Shown piece by piece: positions 15,689 through 28,935 of a stretch of 64,000 nt of DNA (position 1 is the stretch's first letter; every line of letters begins with the position of its first letter). The notes under the pieces were generated by a model. The model was not told the DNA's origin and did no database searches. It saw only the letters and a list, made by a program, of their open reading frames with translations. The position numbers and the translations under genes are program-made. Source of the DNA: Halocafeteria seosinensis (Eukaryota); assembly GCA_001687465.1 (NCBI GenBank), contig LVLI01000156.1, positions 124,001 through 188,000 of the forward strand, given 5' to 3'.

Positions 15689-16990
15689 TTAATTTCGAGA
15701 GTTCGTGGAGTCAGTCGGCACGCCATCGCTCAGGGGAGGTGGATTAGATTGACCACTCAAATTGGCGCCGATCGGCGGTACTGGCCTCGCCAATGCCGCT
15801 CGGACATTTCCGCCACAGGTAATAAATTCAGCATTGGTGACTTCCCACCACTTGCTCCAAGCAAGAAGACCGGCGAGTATCCCTGCTCCGGCAGTCGTCT
15901 TTGGAAAGCGACGGAAAGATCTATAAAGCCCATATCCCACTGCTAAGCCAGGGAGGGCTACAAGGCTCACGCGGACGAAGTGCACTTGGAAAGTGCGTTC
16001 CGGATATAGCTCTTCTGGGTGCACTGCTTCATTCCAATTTCTTTGGTATCCTTGCATTCGAGCGAGATCCACAACAGCTACAACATTGTTTTTTGGTTGC
16101 TTCTGTATGGTGAACGCGACCGCTTTTGCTTGTTTTTGGGCATGGTCATATATTTGTTCTAACTGGTCAGCGCTTACGCCTTCGGAAGAACTCTTTATAT
16201 CTTGTATAGCTTTGTTCAATGGTTTTTCCGCGTCGAATGTGTCTGCGGACTGCCGAAGAGCAGCATTGTCTACACCATTGACAAATCGCTTCCGGATATC
16301 CTCAACTTCAGTAGTTGTGAGAAACGGCCGTTCGGGACTCAAAGATACTGCAATCTTGAATAGCGGCTCATTCATTTCCGGTGTCGTTGTCAAGATAATA
16401 TAATTTGTCATCGATCCGACGCTATTATCTCCTTCTATGCGTAAATTGCTTCCAATCACCCGAACCGTAGATGTTCCATCAATGTAACGCTTCTTCAGCG
16501 GGTAGGGGTAAGCAACCACATCAGACTTTCTCTGTTTCGCGAGCTGTAATGCAGCTCTGTAGCTTCTATCGAAATCTCCCCCGGCAAGCAATGCAATATC
16601 CTTTTCGGAGTCCTTGGAGCGTTTGGTGAGCGAGTGCAGAAAACCCCTTTGAGGATCCCACCGGAATCTGGGAAAGTCAGGTCCTGGAAGTGGGGGTTTG
16701 CAGTTAAGCCCCACGCGTAATTGTTCATCAAGTTGTTCTATATCTTCTTCCGGGAGGTCTATATATATGGCGTCCGGATTCACCTTGTTCACCAGCATCC
16801 GAACTTCCTCTTCACTCGTGGAGGAGCAGGGGACAATTCCCACCATATGAACCACGCCTCCCTCAGGTTTCTCGAATCGAACATATCGTCCCGTTCTCGC
16901 TAAATCGGCTACACTCCGCGGTCTTGACGGCACAACAGTGCCCTCATTGGAATCTGCAGAGCCACTGCTTCCACCAAAAAACCTCCTCAT
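15689..16990 (-). CDS. TraB/PrgY (TRABD)-like protein with C-terminal hydrophobic hairpin, intronless, 433 aa
   Basis: VHMVGIVPCSSTSEEEVRMLVNKVNPDAIYIDL and NVVAVVDLARMQGYQRNW align with the N- and C-terminal TraB motifs. Two hydrophobic segments lie near the C-terminus. Confidence 0.6.
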   Translation of the reverse strand: MRRFFGGSSGSADSNEGTVVPSRPRSVADLARTGRYVRFEKPEGGVVHMVGIVPCSSTSEEEVRMLVNKVNPDAIYIDLPEEDIEQLDEQLRVGLNCKPPLPGPDFPRFRWDPQRGFLHSLTKRSKDSEKDIALLAGGDFDRSYRAALQLAKQRKSDVVAYPYPLKKRYIDGTSTVRVIGSNLRIEGDNSVGSMTNYIILTTTPEMNEPLFKIAVSLSPERPFLTTTEVEDIRKRFVNGVDNAALRQSADTFDAEKPLNKAIQDIKSSSEGVSADQLEQIYDHAQKQAKAVAFTIQKQPKNNVVAVVDLARMQGYQRNWNEAVHPEELYPERTFQVHFVRVSLVALPGLAVGYGLYRSFRRFPKTTAGAGILAGLLAWSKWWEVTNAEFITCGGNVRAALARPVPPIGANLSGQSNPPPLSDGVPTDSTNSRN

Positions 16991-17350
16991 ATCGTCGACA
17001 AGCGCGAAGAGGTGTTGTTCTCAGTCCAATGGAGACACTCGAACTTCGCCACTCCCAATACAGAGGTAATTACCAGACAAACCAAGTCCTACTCCCTAAA
17101 GACAGCACAACGTGAATGGGGTTAACAATACCAAACTCGAGTCGTGTCACTAATTACCCAAGAAGTTGAAGGATGACGACCCCTGGAACTCCAGCCTGGA
17201 AGTGCAGCCTGACGGGAAGTGCTATCCTAGCTACTGGGATTGATACACCTAAAAACAATGAAAAACATTAGGCCATATGCATAGGATGAGAGAGTGAGCA
17301 TGTGGGTTGTATTCTTTATACCGACATTACGCTACGAGATCCATCGCCAG

Positions 17351-18015
17351 TTATCGCTGCTTCTTTGTCGTTGAGCTTTGAGCAGATGTGTCGGCAGTGC
17401 GCTTGCGGGAGGAAGTCTGCTCTTCCTCCTCATCGTCCTCATCGTCGTCGTCGCCTTCGTCCTGCATGCGTGTCGGGCGAGTGCGGTGGTTAGTTTCATT
17501 TCATCGTCCAGCTGAGAGGGTTACCCTTACCTCATAATCCTCTTCGTCATCATCATCGCCTTCATCTTCATCCTCGTAGTCGTCAAGATTTACTTCCTCG
17601 TCCTCCTCATCGTCATCATCATCGTCGTCGTCATCCTCCTGCAATAAGGGACATGTTACATATTGGAGTAGAGTGTCACTGGTTATCATCGATACTTACG
17701 TCGTCTTCGTTGAAATCACCGTCATCATCATCATCCTGGCGTACAAGCGTACCATGACATTGCGTCAGGAAAATGGGGAGCCGACGGACACGCCTGCAAT
17801 ACTTACCGACAAATCGTCACGATTCAAATCTTTGAGAGAGTACTGCTTGGTTTCCCCCTCTCCCTTCTGCATGCCAACTCAGAAGAAATGCAATCCGTGC
17901 GTTTCTTCTTCTCCCAATAACAATAAATCCTTACAGTATCGCCCTCCTGGGTGGTGGTGTGATGCTCTTCCTCTGTATTGTTGTTGTCGCTGCACGTACG
18001 GTAATTTCCCGCCAT
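17351..18015 (-). CDS. Small hyperacidic nuclear protein (131 aa, 5 exons), prothymosin/ANP32-tail-like
   Basis: Exons 18015-17935, 17866-17807, 17735-17700, 17638-17531 and 17461-17351 join through four phase-0 GT-AG introns into one ORF. It has D/E tracts and a C-terminal RKR...TKKQR. Confidence 0.8.
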
Positions 18016-19369
18016 CGAAAAGCAAAACGCAGGTTTTCATGTGTGGTTCCACGATCCGGAAGCCACCGTAATTCTTCGTACCTCATTTTGCTAATGTTTG
18101 TGCTTCTCTTCAACAATGGAGTTAACGCGAAATATAGTGCTCTACAGCGACCTGTAATAGAGAAAAAGATATTCTGTATCTTGGAGGCGCTCAGAAACAA
18201 AATATTCCTTAATATCAAATGGGTTGATACAAGTCGAGAAAGACATATTTCTCGGTAATTGACGACAAAAACAATGAGGGGGACATGAGCCAACAATGAG
18301 GTCCGAAATAAGGGTCGAATACCCCTTATTCTATAGCGTAAATGGCCCTCAAATGCCCGAGGTTTACGCGGGCTCAAGTAGTTATCTCTCTTGTACCACT
18401 TACCCTGTTTTGGATTTAGAAAAACAGCAATGAAAATATGCGGTGGTTTTCTTTCAGCAGTATGATTGTACTGAAACTCTTTACTATGCAGCGGTGATGA
18501 AATAGAATAAAGGTGACTCTGCCAGGGCAGGTTGAAGATGCTCCCCATCTCCATCTGCTCTCAGACTGCTGACCCAGCTGGGGCTTCAAAGAACTCTGCC
18601 TTTTCAGGGTCTGAAGCATCGTTTGAATTCGGTCGGTGCAAATACGGTAGATGTGCTTTAACTCTGCACCGTGTTATTTATTTTTGATGATAATAGATGT
18701 GCATGTATGCACCCCTGATTCTGGAACTACAACCACACTTGTGTACCACCGTACTACCACGGTCACCCACCCTGGGTTGTATTCATCTCCTTAGTGTCCT
18801 ATGTATTGGGAAGGGTTCAAGTTACAAGTATTGGAGAGTCATAAGCTTTCCAGTGGTAGACACTTTTTTCGTCTACATACGTAGGATTAGATAGCGTGGG
18901 GAAACTAGTGTTCATGCACCCAAAAAAATGGCCACAAAACCCATGGTTGTTATTGACAGTACTGCCGTGTGCACAGTGCAAGCGGATCTGAGCGCCGTGG
19001 CACCATGGAGTTTTTATGTCTTCATTGCATGTTGTGTACCAAATCACAACAACAACAGCCTGGAAGCTGAGCCTACGTAACCTTAACAGGATTCTCAGAG
19101 ATAACGGAAAAGCCAAGAAAAGTTTGTTCGCTTTGTTTCAAAGATGTTTGGTGTGGGGGTCAGTATCTAGTGTTTAAAATCGCCCGTATTGGCGCAGCCC
19201 CAATATGGCAGAATGTTGACGATTGTTCATTATCGTCTACTGTAGCACATGAAACTTTGTGATCTGCCGATAGTTTGTGTAGAGGCCACTGTGGGTGGAA
19301 AAACACTCCATTGTCCTGGTCGTTTATGCCTTTGGGGTCCATCTACATGGAGTATTTCCAGGCGACAGA

Positions 19370-22300
19370 ATGGATGAAATAGATGCTACTTCACTGCTTC
19401 GCAGTGTCAACAAAATAGTGGAGGAGCCGGACGACACCAATAATGCGAGAGAATTCAGAGCGCGATTTGAGCAACATTTCTCCCAACTTCAAAATCCACG
19501 ATGGTACCCGGGGAAAACAGAGGAATCGAAGCGCAAAATGGAAGGATACATCACCCAGGCTCATGAACACTATTTCAAAGAGATGGCCGTTTTTGTAGCG
19601 GATCAATTGAATCTCGACCATGTTGTAGCACTCGCGCTTCTCACTGAAGACCTCACTAATCCGAGTCCATCGAGATGCTTCTACGGTAAGTCATTTTTCT
19701 TATTGTGGTTTTCCAAGTTATGTTCGTTGCAACTGGGAATCTTGCAGAAAACACGAAAGGACCAGAAGAAAGAGCCATAGCCTTGTTTTTCTACCACCGC
19801 CGCCAACTACTGCTTGCTCTCTCAGGTATCCTCAGTAATAGGGGAGAAGACTCCTCGTCGCAGGAGGCATTCATTCATTGCGTAAATCGTCTAATCCTTC
19901 AGACTCGGGAGAATCAAGAGGAGTCGGCGGACAACGTACTATCCATGAATCTGATGGCATTTCTGCGATCACGGATGCAAGAAGTATATGAAGACATGAA
20001 CTACTTGACTGAACTAGAGCAGCAGTATGGAAGAGCGTTGAGAAAGGCCGGTGGCCGAGGTTTTGAAGGACTATCGAAGGAGGATAGAGCAAGATACCTA
20101 ACATGCGTTTTCAGATGCACTGACCTACAACTGGTAGCTCAATGCCTATTCTCGCTTTACGAGAAGACTCCGGTTCAATCTGAGCGGGAACTTAATCAAT
20201 TAGTTGAGTGCATCAGGGACTGCTCTAACAAGATCTGGGCGACGGAGAACCATGACGAAGGAAATCCGCTCTTCGATCCATTGGTATCATTGATCTTCGC
20301 ACTTATGTCGGGACTGGAGTATCGCGAGGGTAAATACATACCTAGTCTAAGAACCGTCGAATTCGCTCGATTCTCTCCCTCGTTTGCCATTGAGCGAGGG
20401 CTGTCCCGAGGAGCAAATGAGCGCGATCGTGGATGGAGCCCTTCCGAGGACGGATGGAGCATGCAAGGGGCACAAGGTGTTGTGTTCCTCATTACTGCAT
20501 TGTTCTACTACGGGGTTTTGCGACCTGATACTAAACAGCTCCTGCAGGATACAGGGATCGAAGAGTTTGGATTGCATCACCATTGCGTAATGGATTGTGA
20601 TGTGGAGGTAAAAGGAACCGCAGAGACCTTCTATAAACAACTGGATAACCGCCGACTTATTGGCCACGTAAAAAAGAAGATCCAGGTCCTATTCGATAAG
20701 GCGTATCAATTGGGAGCACTCAAATTTATATCTAGAATCGTTTGTTCGAAGGGTTTTGTAACATCTGCCGACTGCACCAAATGGATCGAAACGTTGCATG
20801 ATGGCCTCGTGGAGTGCATACATTTCGAAACATTCCTCTTACACAGAAGCTCTCCGTTGTTGTTTAGGACACAACAAGAACATGCTGATAGTTTTCTTCG
20901 ACGATCCAGAGGACAAGTCGCCGGACTTAACTCTCATAGGGACTGTTTGGAAGAACTCATCACTCTGCAAATTCAGCTCCTGCGGCTGCGACCCCGGCTG
21001 GCTGCTCAGTACCTATGTGTAACGGGTCCTTTAACGGCTAACTATCAGCAGAACATGACGGACATGGAAGACGCCTCTCATTCTAACGGATTCATCCTTT
21101 GTGAACAAACTGAATATTTAAAATACATTTGTGATAAGTATGACGCCATGCAAGGGCCTGCATACATATTAATGGCGAGGATTTTGGACTTGTTTAGCTG
21201 CTTAGCACATGGTGGATTCGCGGCAGATGGCATTCACTCGGCGCGGTACGTTTATTCTTATGTTATGAGCAGCAGTAGCCCAGAGGGGAACATGCAACAC
21301 ATTTACAATGTCTCACGTTGTCCTGAGGTGCTTTCCCTTCCTAACTTGGTTCAAATCCTTCAACATATAGGAGAGAGCATCGATTACGATATACAGAAGA
21401 GGGCAGCTATAGAAAGAAAAGACTCACTAGAACGTCGCGGGGCTCCACCGTCGAAAATAAGTGAGGCGAAGGAACTTATAACTGCCATACTGAACAAAGA
21501 AAGGAAAGCGCTTAAGACGCTGGAGGGAGAAGAAGCTTCCCTTGTCGAATCTATTTTGGGCTTGCTACAGTCTTTTGCTCAACACACATGGTTGTGCTCC
21601 ACAATGGCCAGCCAGGAGAATGCTTTTAGTGGTAAATTGGTGATTAGGGTGTTGTTCGGTTTACTAATCCAGAACATCTCAGTTTCTCTCAAAGGAGAGC
21701 TTCTATATACGTTATCGTTGTTTGCCCGAGAAAAGACTTATGCCGAAGCAATTTGGAAGGAACTGCTAACTAGAAACCTTGTGCCACTATTGAACCAACG
21801 AGGTCGCCGCAAAATGAAGCTTCTGGGAGACATTACATTAGTCGAACCCCAAGAACATAATTACGCCATCTCGGTGGGGTTTGTGTCGCTTTTGAGGTCC
21901 CTGCTTCATGGGAAGACGTACTTTGAACACCTTGAACCCAGCTTGGTGGAAGATAGTAGGTTAGCGGCACAGTCTTATATCCAGGTCGTCGTCGATGAGA
22001 TTTTGTTAAAGGCGTTTAGAAAACCCAGAAGTGATGGCCAATTAGGTAGGGTCGCCCCGTGGAAGATTGCGGCTTGCTCATTATCCTTGATACATGATCT
22101 TCTTCGGTCATACCAGCCAGAAACGAAACAGCCCACTTCCGCTTCTGGCTTCACTGATCCGGAAGAGAGCCGCCCGTTTGCTTTTTCCCGCAAGAATACA
22201 GCGTATGAATTAATGTACCGCTTGCTCTCAGGGGGAGATCTGTTCGAGTTTTTATTCTTTTTGCTGTCATACGGGAATGGTGCTGCCGGTCTCGAGGAAA

Positions 22301-25300
22301 GGCGTCTCGAGCAACTGCGACCCCAGTGGGAACAGAGACTACGCGATTCTTTCAATAGGTTTACGGACGGTCGCGCATTTTCTGGTGTCGACTATACCGA
22401 ACTTGAGCTTGATGCATTTGATGCTGCGTTGACCACTGCTGCAGGCACGGCAGAGTCTGGACGCTCTGTCCCAGCGAAATGGAGCTCCGCGGAAGCGCAA
22501 GCCGAAGTGCGTGCTTTGGCCAAGCTCGATCACTTCTTTCGCGGAGGTTCCTCTTTGACAGGAGATGGTCGCTGGCCGACATTGGCCCAGGAGGAAGATA
22601 GCGGTGCTTTCAGTGACGATGAGTGCTGGTGGCGTGAGCGATGCGTACTTTTGTCTCTGAGTATCATGGAATCATTATCATTTAAGGACACCGTCTTCGT
22701 TGCGAGCGTAAGGGGTATGGATATAAACGATAATGACCTCTCTCAAGGTGTTCCTCCTCGGCATACATCGACATTAATCGAACGCATCCGTGGAATCCCA
22801 ACCATCATGAGGTATATGGCGTATCCCCACTTCTTCGATAGTAGGGTCAGCTATATTGCTACAAGGCTGGTGCACAGGATGGTTACCGGAGAGACAGCTA
22901 CCATTTCTCTGGAAAACGTATGGTCTCAGCTAGAATCTCATGACCTAGAACCCTTGTGTATGAAACGACTTGGGAACATGGACTCTATTGAGCACGTAGA
23001 TCATGGTGTTTACGGTCCCTTGTCTCAAGGTTCAATTATTTCGGGCATTGCTTCTCTCATTCAAAGTGAGGATCATACTCATGGAATGCAAGACGTTCTA
23101 TTGGCTGGGTTGAGCGAGCGAATGCGCCTAGCAGCGTCGCAAAGCAAGGGGAGGTTGACAGTAGAAGGAGCAGCGGGTACAGATACCTCATTAGACGCCA
23201 TAATGGGCCAACAAGACTTTTTTCTTGATGATGAAGATTCTGATGAGGTTTGGTTAAACGGAGTGGACACTGGATCGGGAAGGAAAGGCAAGATCCCACT
23301 CTGCGGCGAGGTCGACTTTGGAATTGGTGTAGATATGTTGAGCTGTATCGAGAGGACTGGCCATACGTTTTTTGGTCTCAGAGGGGCTCAATTTCTGCTT
23401 GATTTGTTACAAAGCTCTGGGAAGTACGCGCGTATTGGGCCGTCCAGCGCTGGGGAAAACGTACCAGAAGTATCTATAACCTTGGCCGCTCGGCAGGCAA
23501 GATTAACAGTACTAAGCTTTCTATGTACCTTTGTTGAGGTTTGTGTGTCCCCCTCCGTGAATAACCCGTGCCCTCCTTTGGCAAAGTTCCTTTTGGGGTT
23601 TTCCAGCGAACATCGGCATATGTCATGCTTGCAGAAGATCATCAAGCTCTTAGACATGCCTGCTCTTTATTTCTCGAGACCGCAAGTTACTGAGGCTGCT
23701 GTTTCGATTATTTTAAATCTCGCAAAATGGAAAGAGACCTCTGCTGCGATGCTGTCTATGTTGAGGCGGCACTTGAGGATACTCGAAAGAGATGAAGTCC
23801 ATGGTCGCTTCTTTTTTTTACGCTTGCTAAATAGATTGTCGTTTCCGTTTGAAACACCGATGGACACTGCGCTCTCCCAGTGGGACTGTGCCGAGCTGTC
23901 CGAAAGGGTAGAAAAAGAGCATCATGACGAGAGCGACATCTCAGCAAGAGCTGAAAGAGTGGCGGCGTTCCAGAATACAATCGCTGCTGTGCTCAATGGA
24001 TGTGCTCTGGAGCTAAAGCTAGCGCAGGGGGACAATGGAATGCAGGAAAAAATATTTGAGGATGCGCTGAATGCAGTTACTGCAAAAGGCGAACATCGTT
24101 TTTACTTACAAGTGCTCTTGAACCTCCTAGAGTTAGGTTCGTTCCAGTATCAGTCTCCGACAAATCCCTCGGAGGAGGGAAGTAACGTTTTAACCAGATA
24201 TGCCGCACTGCTAGCTGACCACCCACATATTGGCTATCGTGTCAACAATCGTGACGACTCTTACGTTTATGATTTAAATATAGTCAGGAATTTGCTGGAA
24301 CGCGAACCGGGCAGTGGGTCTAACACCGTCAAATGGGTACGCGAGCTGAACGACTTCACTGTCGCTTGCAACTCCTCGGAGGAGCTGCTGAAAGGCTGGC
24401 TTCGCTCCGTCTGTTGTCTTTTTTCTGGGTTTATGAATTCAGCTGAAATCATGAAACTTTCGCGGAGGAAGAAAGTACAACCCGCTCGTGACTTGATGTT
24501 TCACATTCTGACAATACTGCAAGAGCGTCACTTCTCCTCGTCGCAGCTGTTGGAACGCTTCGCCGAAGCAATTTTGTTTTTGTCAAAGTATGTGCGAGAG
24601 GTGTCACTCAGATCAGAGGGTGGGACCTTCCTTCAGTCTTCACCACAAAAGTCGCTGGTACTACCTCCGTTCTCCGAGGAAGATTGTCATTCGTTTGTAG
24701 CCTCGTTGGTACGTGAAGTATGCCGAAAGGCTAAGCTGAACTCAGGTCCCACTGATAAAACCATAGTTGATGGGCCCTCCGGTGAACCCAATAAGGTGCA
24801 GCACCATAGAACTTCGGCAAAATATCGAGCAAAGCTCTACCTATCACTCATGAATATCCTTCGTCTATGTCTTGGTCATGCGTCCTGGGACATATCTGCG
24901 CAAGAGCAGCAGACACCACGCGGTACTCATTTGGAGGGAGCCAATGACGGGGAAGAATTCATTTTCCCATTCTCAAACAACCTCACCGATTGTGTCAACG
25001 ATGTACTGTTTCATGAACATAGGGGAGTTGGTCTTGACCTCTCTATCAACGTGGATACAGTTACTCACCCCATTTATGGGAACCTCGATGAAACCTTGGA
25101 TGGCTCCGTAACCGAGCTATTAGAGTCAATTAGTGGATACCGACAGACTGTTCTTACAGCTTTGGACCGAAACCAAGAGGGGTTGCTTCATCAACTAGTA
25201 CAGGATGTGTCTCACAGTGACTTCTTTTGGAGAGTTCCTGCTGCGCATCTCCTCAGTATGATACTACACAGTGAGCGGAACGTGGAAAGGACGACAGCAT

Positions 25301-26955
25301 TGCAGATCATAGGACAAGCCGGTACTATGAAAACTTTATTGGAATCATTGAGCCACCTCGACTTGTTCGAGAATCGTGAAGTGTCGGATGAAGGTGATGA
25401 AAGGAGCTCGAATGCGGTTGCAGTCACAGAAGCAATCAACAGTCTTCTTGATGTTATTCTTTTGTGCAGTCAGTCTGTGACTTCTTGCTCGGTCTTGCTC
25501 TGTGCAAACTTGTTGGCAACCATAGACCAACTGCTGTGTCTAGACGAAGCATCCCAAGAAGCGAGTGGGATAGTGGACGAGTTGGTCCCTGCTCGAAGTA
25601 GTGCTCTCATTGCCGAAAAACTGTTCCCTAGGATATCTCGGATATTGAGTATCATAATTAATGTCATGTATATGCGACCTTACGATAACCAACTAACGGA
25701 GCAAGTGAACGTGTTTGTCCTTAACCATAAGGGCCTGCTTACAACGTTTTTGCATTTGGCAACACTGCTGCAAACTTCGGTCTTTTCTGTCAAACTTGGG
25801 ACGCTTGTGGTGGAATTGCTCAGCCTACTGTTGTCGAGAGATACTTCCAAGGTGGACTCTACATGTCTGGTGGACGAGTCAGGTTTTCGTCCATATATGC
25901 TTGCGCTTATTCGTAAATACGTGTCCCAACCGAAATCCGCGTCGTTTGCGTACGATGATCCATTAGGCAATCTTCACGGAGCGGGCGAAAATCCTAGGGC
26001 CGATTTGGACAGTTATGGTCCTTTAAGTACGTCTTCGGCGCCACAGCAGAACACCGAACTAGCGCTTCAAACACGGACAGGAACCGCGCTATCAAAGATG
26101 CGATACTATGTCTATCAAAGTGGGGGTATTGGATTGTGGTCTTCGGAGGTCACCAATGTGCTAGCACAGGAATACGGAGAAACGTGGTGGTACTCACTAA
26201 AACCAATGACTTATTCCGAGGAAGTTCTGTCTCGGCGAATGCTACGGTTTGTCACCCACGGTGGCATTGTTCAGACTCAGTATGCTAACGTCATCGTCAC
26301 ATGCGTCGAAAAACTTTTTGCTCGTTTGCTTTGGTATATCCGGGTAGTCTCTTCGGAAAGGGGGTCACATAAGAGCGCAGTAGGCTTGTCCACCACGTTG
26401 CATGAACCGGTTTTTTTACGCAAACAACCAAAACAATCTGAAGATACTACTCCTCACGGTAGTGTCTCCTTGGAGGTGTTGGCTCGAAGCGTGCAGCAGT
26501 TGGGCATCGCATTGAATCGTATGGCATCAACCAGAGCTCAACTTGACGTCGTCGCGGAAGTAATGAATAGTACTAACAGTCTCAGCAACATCCGTCAGAG
26601 ATTGTCTGGCAGAAAGGGCTCCTACCAGGGACGTAGTCATGCTTCTGTGAGTATAGTGGTGAGCTTTCAACTCGACGGTGGACTGGCTAATGAAGACCCT
26701 GCCGATGAACTCAGCGGAATGAGGCATAGTCTGGCAAGGGCCCAGTTAAGAGCTCTATCAAGTTTCGGGAATATCAAATTTGCGCTAGAAAACGCGATTT
26801 GGATGTGGTATATGCATGCACAATTTTCGACTGCACTGCGTCCAAGTGTAGAGTACATTGAAGAGATGGAGCGAACAAGCATGCCGGGAATAGCTGATTC
26901 TAGCCCCTTTAGTGCGAAAATGCTTCGATTCCTCAAGCGGTTGTCCATGGAATAA
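19370..26955 (+). CDS. NUP205: Nuclear pore scaffold protein Nup205/Nup192-like (~2500 aa)
   Basis: Very large alpha-helical ORF. VADQLNLDHVVALALL, FFYHRRQLL and LFGLLIQNISVSLKGELLYTLSLFAREKTYAEAIWKEL resemble Nup205 segments. One clear intron near 19686-19747. Confidence 0.7.
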
Positions 26956-27075
26956 ACAAGCTCTAACGAAGGTGTACTGACTCTCGCTATAAGCGAATTT
27001 AGTTTCCGATCAATTGCAATTGATTTCATTACGTAATGCGTTAATAAATCTGTACAAAGGGTGAGAGAAAACAGG

Positions 27076-28935
27076 TCAGATGGGATTTTGCATGCCCGCA
27101 GTGGAAATCCGGCCCTGCGACCGTGAGGTGCTTTTAGGAGGCAAAGTCGGACTAGAACTATCATGCCTGGCTGCTGAGTGCCTTCTCAGGGCCGGGGTAT
27201 GCTGCCTTGCGGAAAGTGCTTCCCAGATTTGTCCTCTATGTTGTCGGAACGGTTCCTGGTCGTCAAGCACGCCACCCTTACGAGTTGCAGCGGTTCCTGT
27301 TTGTCGGCGCGGCAGAAGTGGAGCCGATGCTGTCTGTTTAGTCCGAGAAATGGTTTTAGTTGTGCTATGATACTTCGCTGGAGATGATTTAGCTGAGGTA
27401 ACGCGGCTGTGTGTCCTGGACATACTTGACCCATTAGGAAGCTGCGACGTAGACACAGTGTTCCGCCCACCTCCTGCCATAGAACGACTCTGGGTTCTGA
27501 TCGGATCAACTTTGGGAAGGGGGACGGACGATATCAATGGTTGTATGCCGGTGGTTGCCAAGTAAGCGAGAAGTTCTTCCTGTTTCGTTGCAACGACAGA
27601 ATTTATCTCGCTCGCACTCATTGCGCTCCACTGTCGCACAAGCGCCGCCAATTTTCCTTCAGGGGTTTCAGGATCCGGTGTGTGTTCACTCTTTTCAGCA
27701 GCCTCCGGCAAATTCTTCAGATAATTTGTTTGCTCTGCGGAGTTGGCCTCCTGTTGCTCTGGACGATTATGTAACCGCTTTCGAGTTGCAGCTGGAAGCT
27801 CCGCTTTTTTCCCGGGATGCATGCCCTTGATAGCTGCTTCCTGGAGTGTAGCTTCATGTGTAAGGAAGTGTTCAAATTGTCTTTCGGTGGCGAGGGCGTA
27901 AAGAGCAGCTGCTCGAATTCTTCTCCAAGCTTGTGATGAAGTGGCCTTGTTCTTGCGTTTACCATTTCGCTCCACTTCCTTCAGGAACTTTAGCATAGAA
28001 TCAGCGCTTCGTTTTGATTTCATATGGTGCTTCGAGTTCACTCTTTTGGCATTGGTGCCCTGCGTCGAGACAAGAGGAGTTGAATCAGCCGCTAAGTTAA
28101 CTTCTAACACAACGGAGTTGGAGCATTACCTGATTTTGCGAACCGTCTTCCGTTCCATGCCCGCTTCCTTCGCTGTGAAGTAACCTACGAAGCCGTCTAA
28201 CCATGGTTCGGAAAGGGGTCAACACCTCTTCCGGGCATTTACTGTTTTGTGGATTCCTAGAGGCATACCGCAGCTCCTCTATCTTTGTGTTGAGATACTT
28301 GTCATCAAACGAGTCTCTCTGCTTTTGCAAGTCTTCCGCTGTTCGCAAAACATCCTCAACTAACGTTCTTGATCTTTCTTCTGAGAGGTTTAGTTCCCGT
28401 ACGCCGTACAGTTTGAAACATGTCCCCTCGCAACCTTCGTAGTCATTATTTCCTGCCAACAGTATTGCCAATAAAATCTGCATTTCATTCATATTCCAAT
28501 TCACTCTTAAATCGAGGTCAAGATCCATTCTCGTCGGGTTTGAGCAGTTTGACTTACCTTTCCAATTCGTACCCTGTTGCTTTGTTCCGGGTCCACCAAC
28601 GTGTAGACGCTCAACGGCAGTATCATAAACGATCGGTCCGACCTCATGATAGACTCTATCGGTTTACCAAAGAGGTCGACGAACTTCGCTCGACTTATTT
28701 TCGTGAGGGATACATGGTACTGCTTCGCCAGTTCCAGTTGGGATTGGAGGTTTTTCGATAAATGTTTCACGTGGTCCAATGTCCATTCCGATAGAGCTTT
28801 GAGAGCCCGGTCAAATTCCGGTTCCTGCTCTACGATTCGTGTATTTTCTGCCGCCTCCTCTTCCTCCCACAGATTTACTGAACTTCCACTCCTTACCAGT
28901 GAATGGTCGCTCTTGGAATTCCTGAGGGTCGCCAT
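27076..28935 (-). CDS. Hypothetical protein (3 exons), possible degenerate EF-hand N-terminus and basic low-complexity C-terminus
   Basis: Three ORF blocks are joined in frame by GT-AG introns (about 28478-28557 and 28062-28128). VDPEQSNRVRIGK|ILLAILL is weakly EF-hand-like. Confidence 0.6.

Noticed and set aside
17931..18554. 207-aa minus-strand ORF from the track
   Set aside because: No recognisable motif, and it overlaps exon 1 of the acidic protein in another frame; probably spurious.
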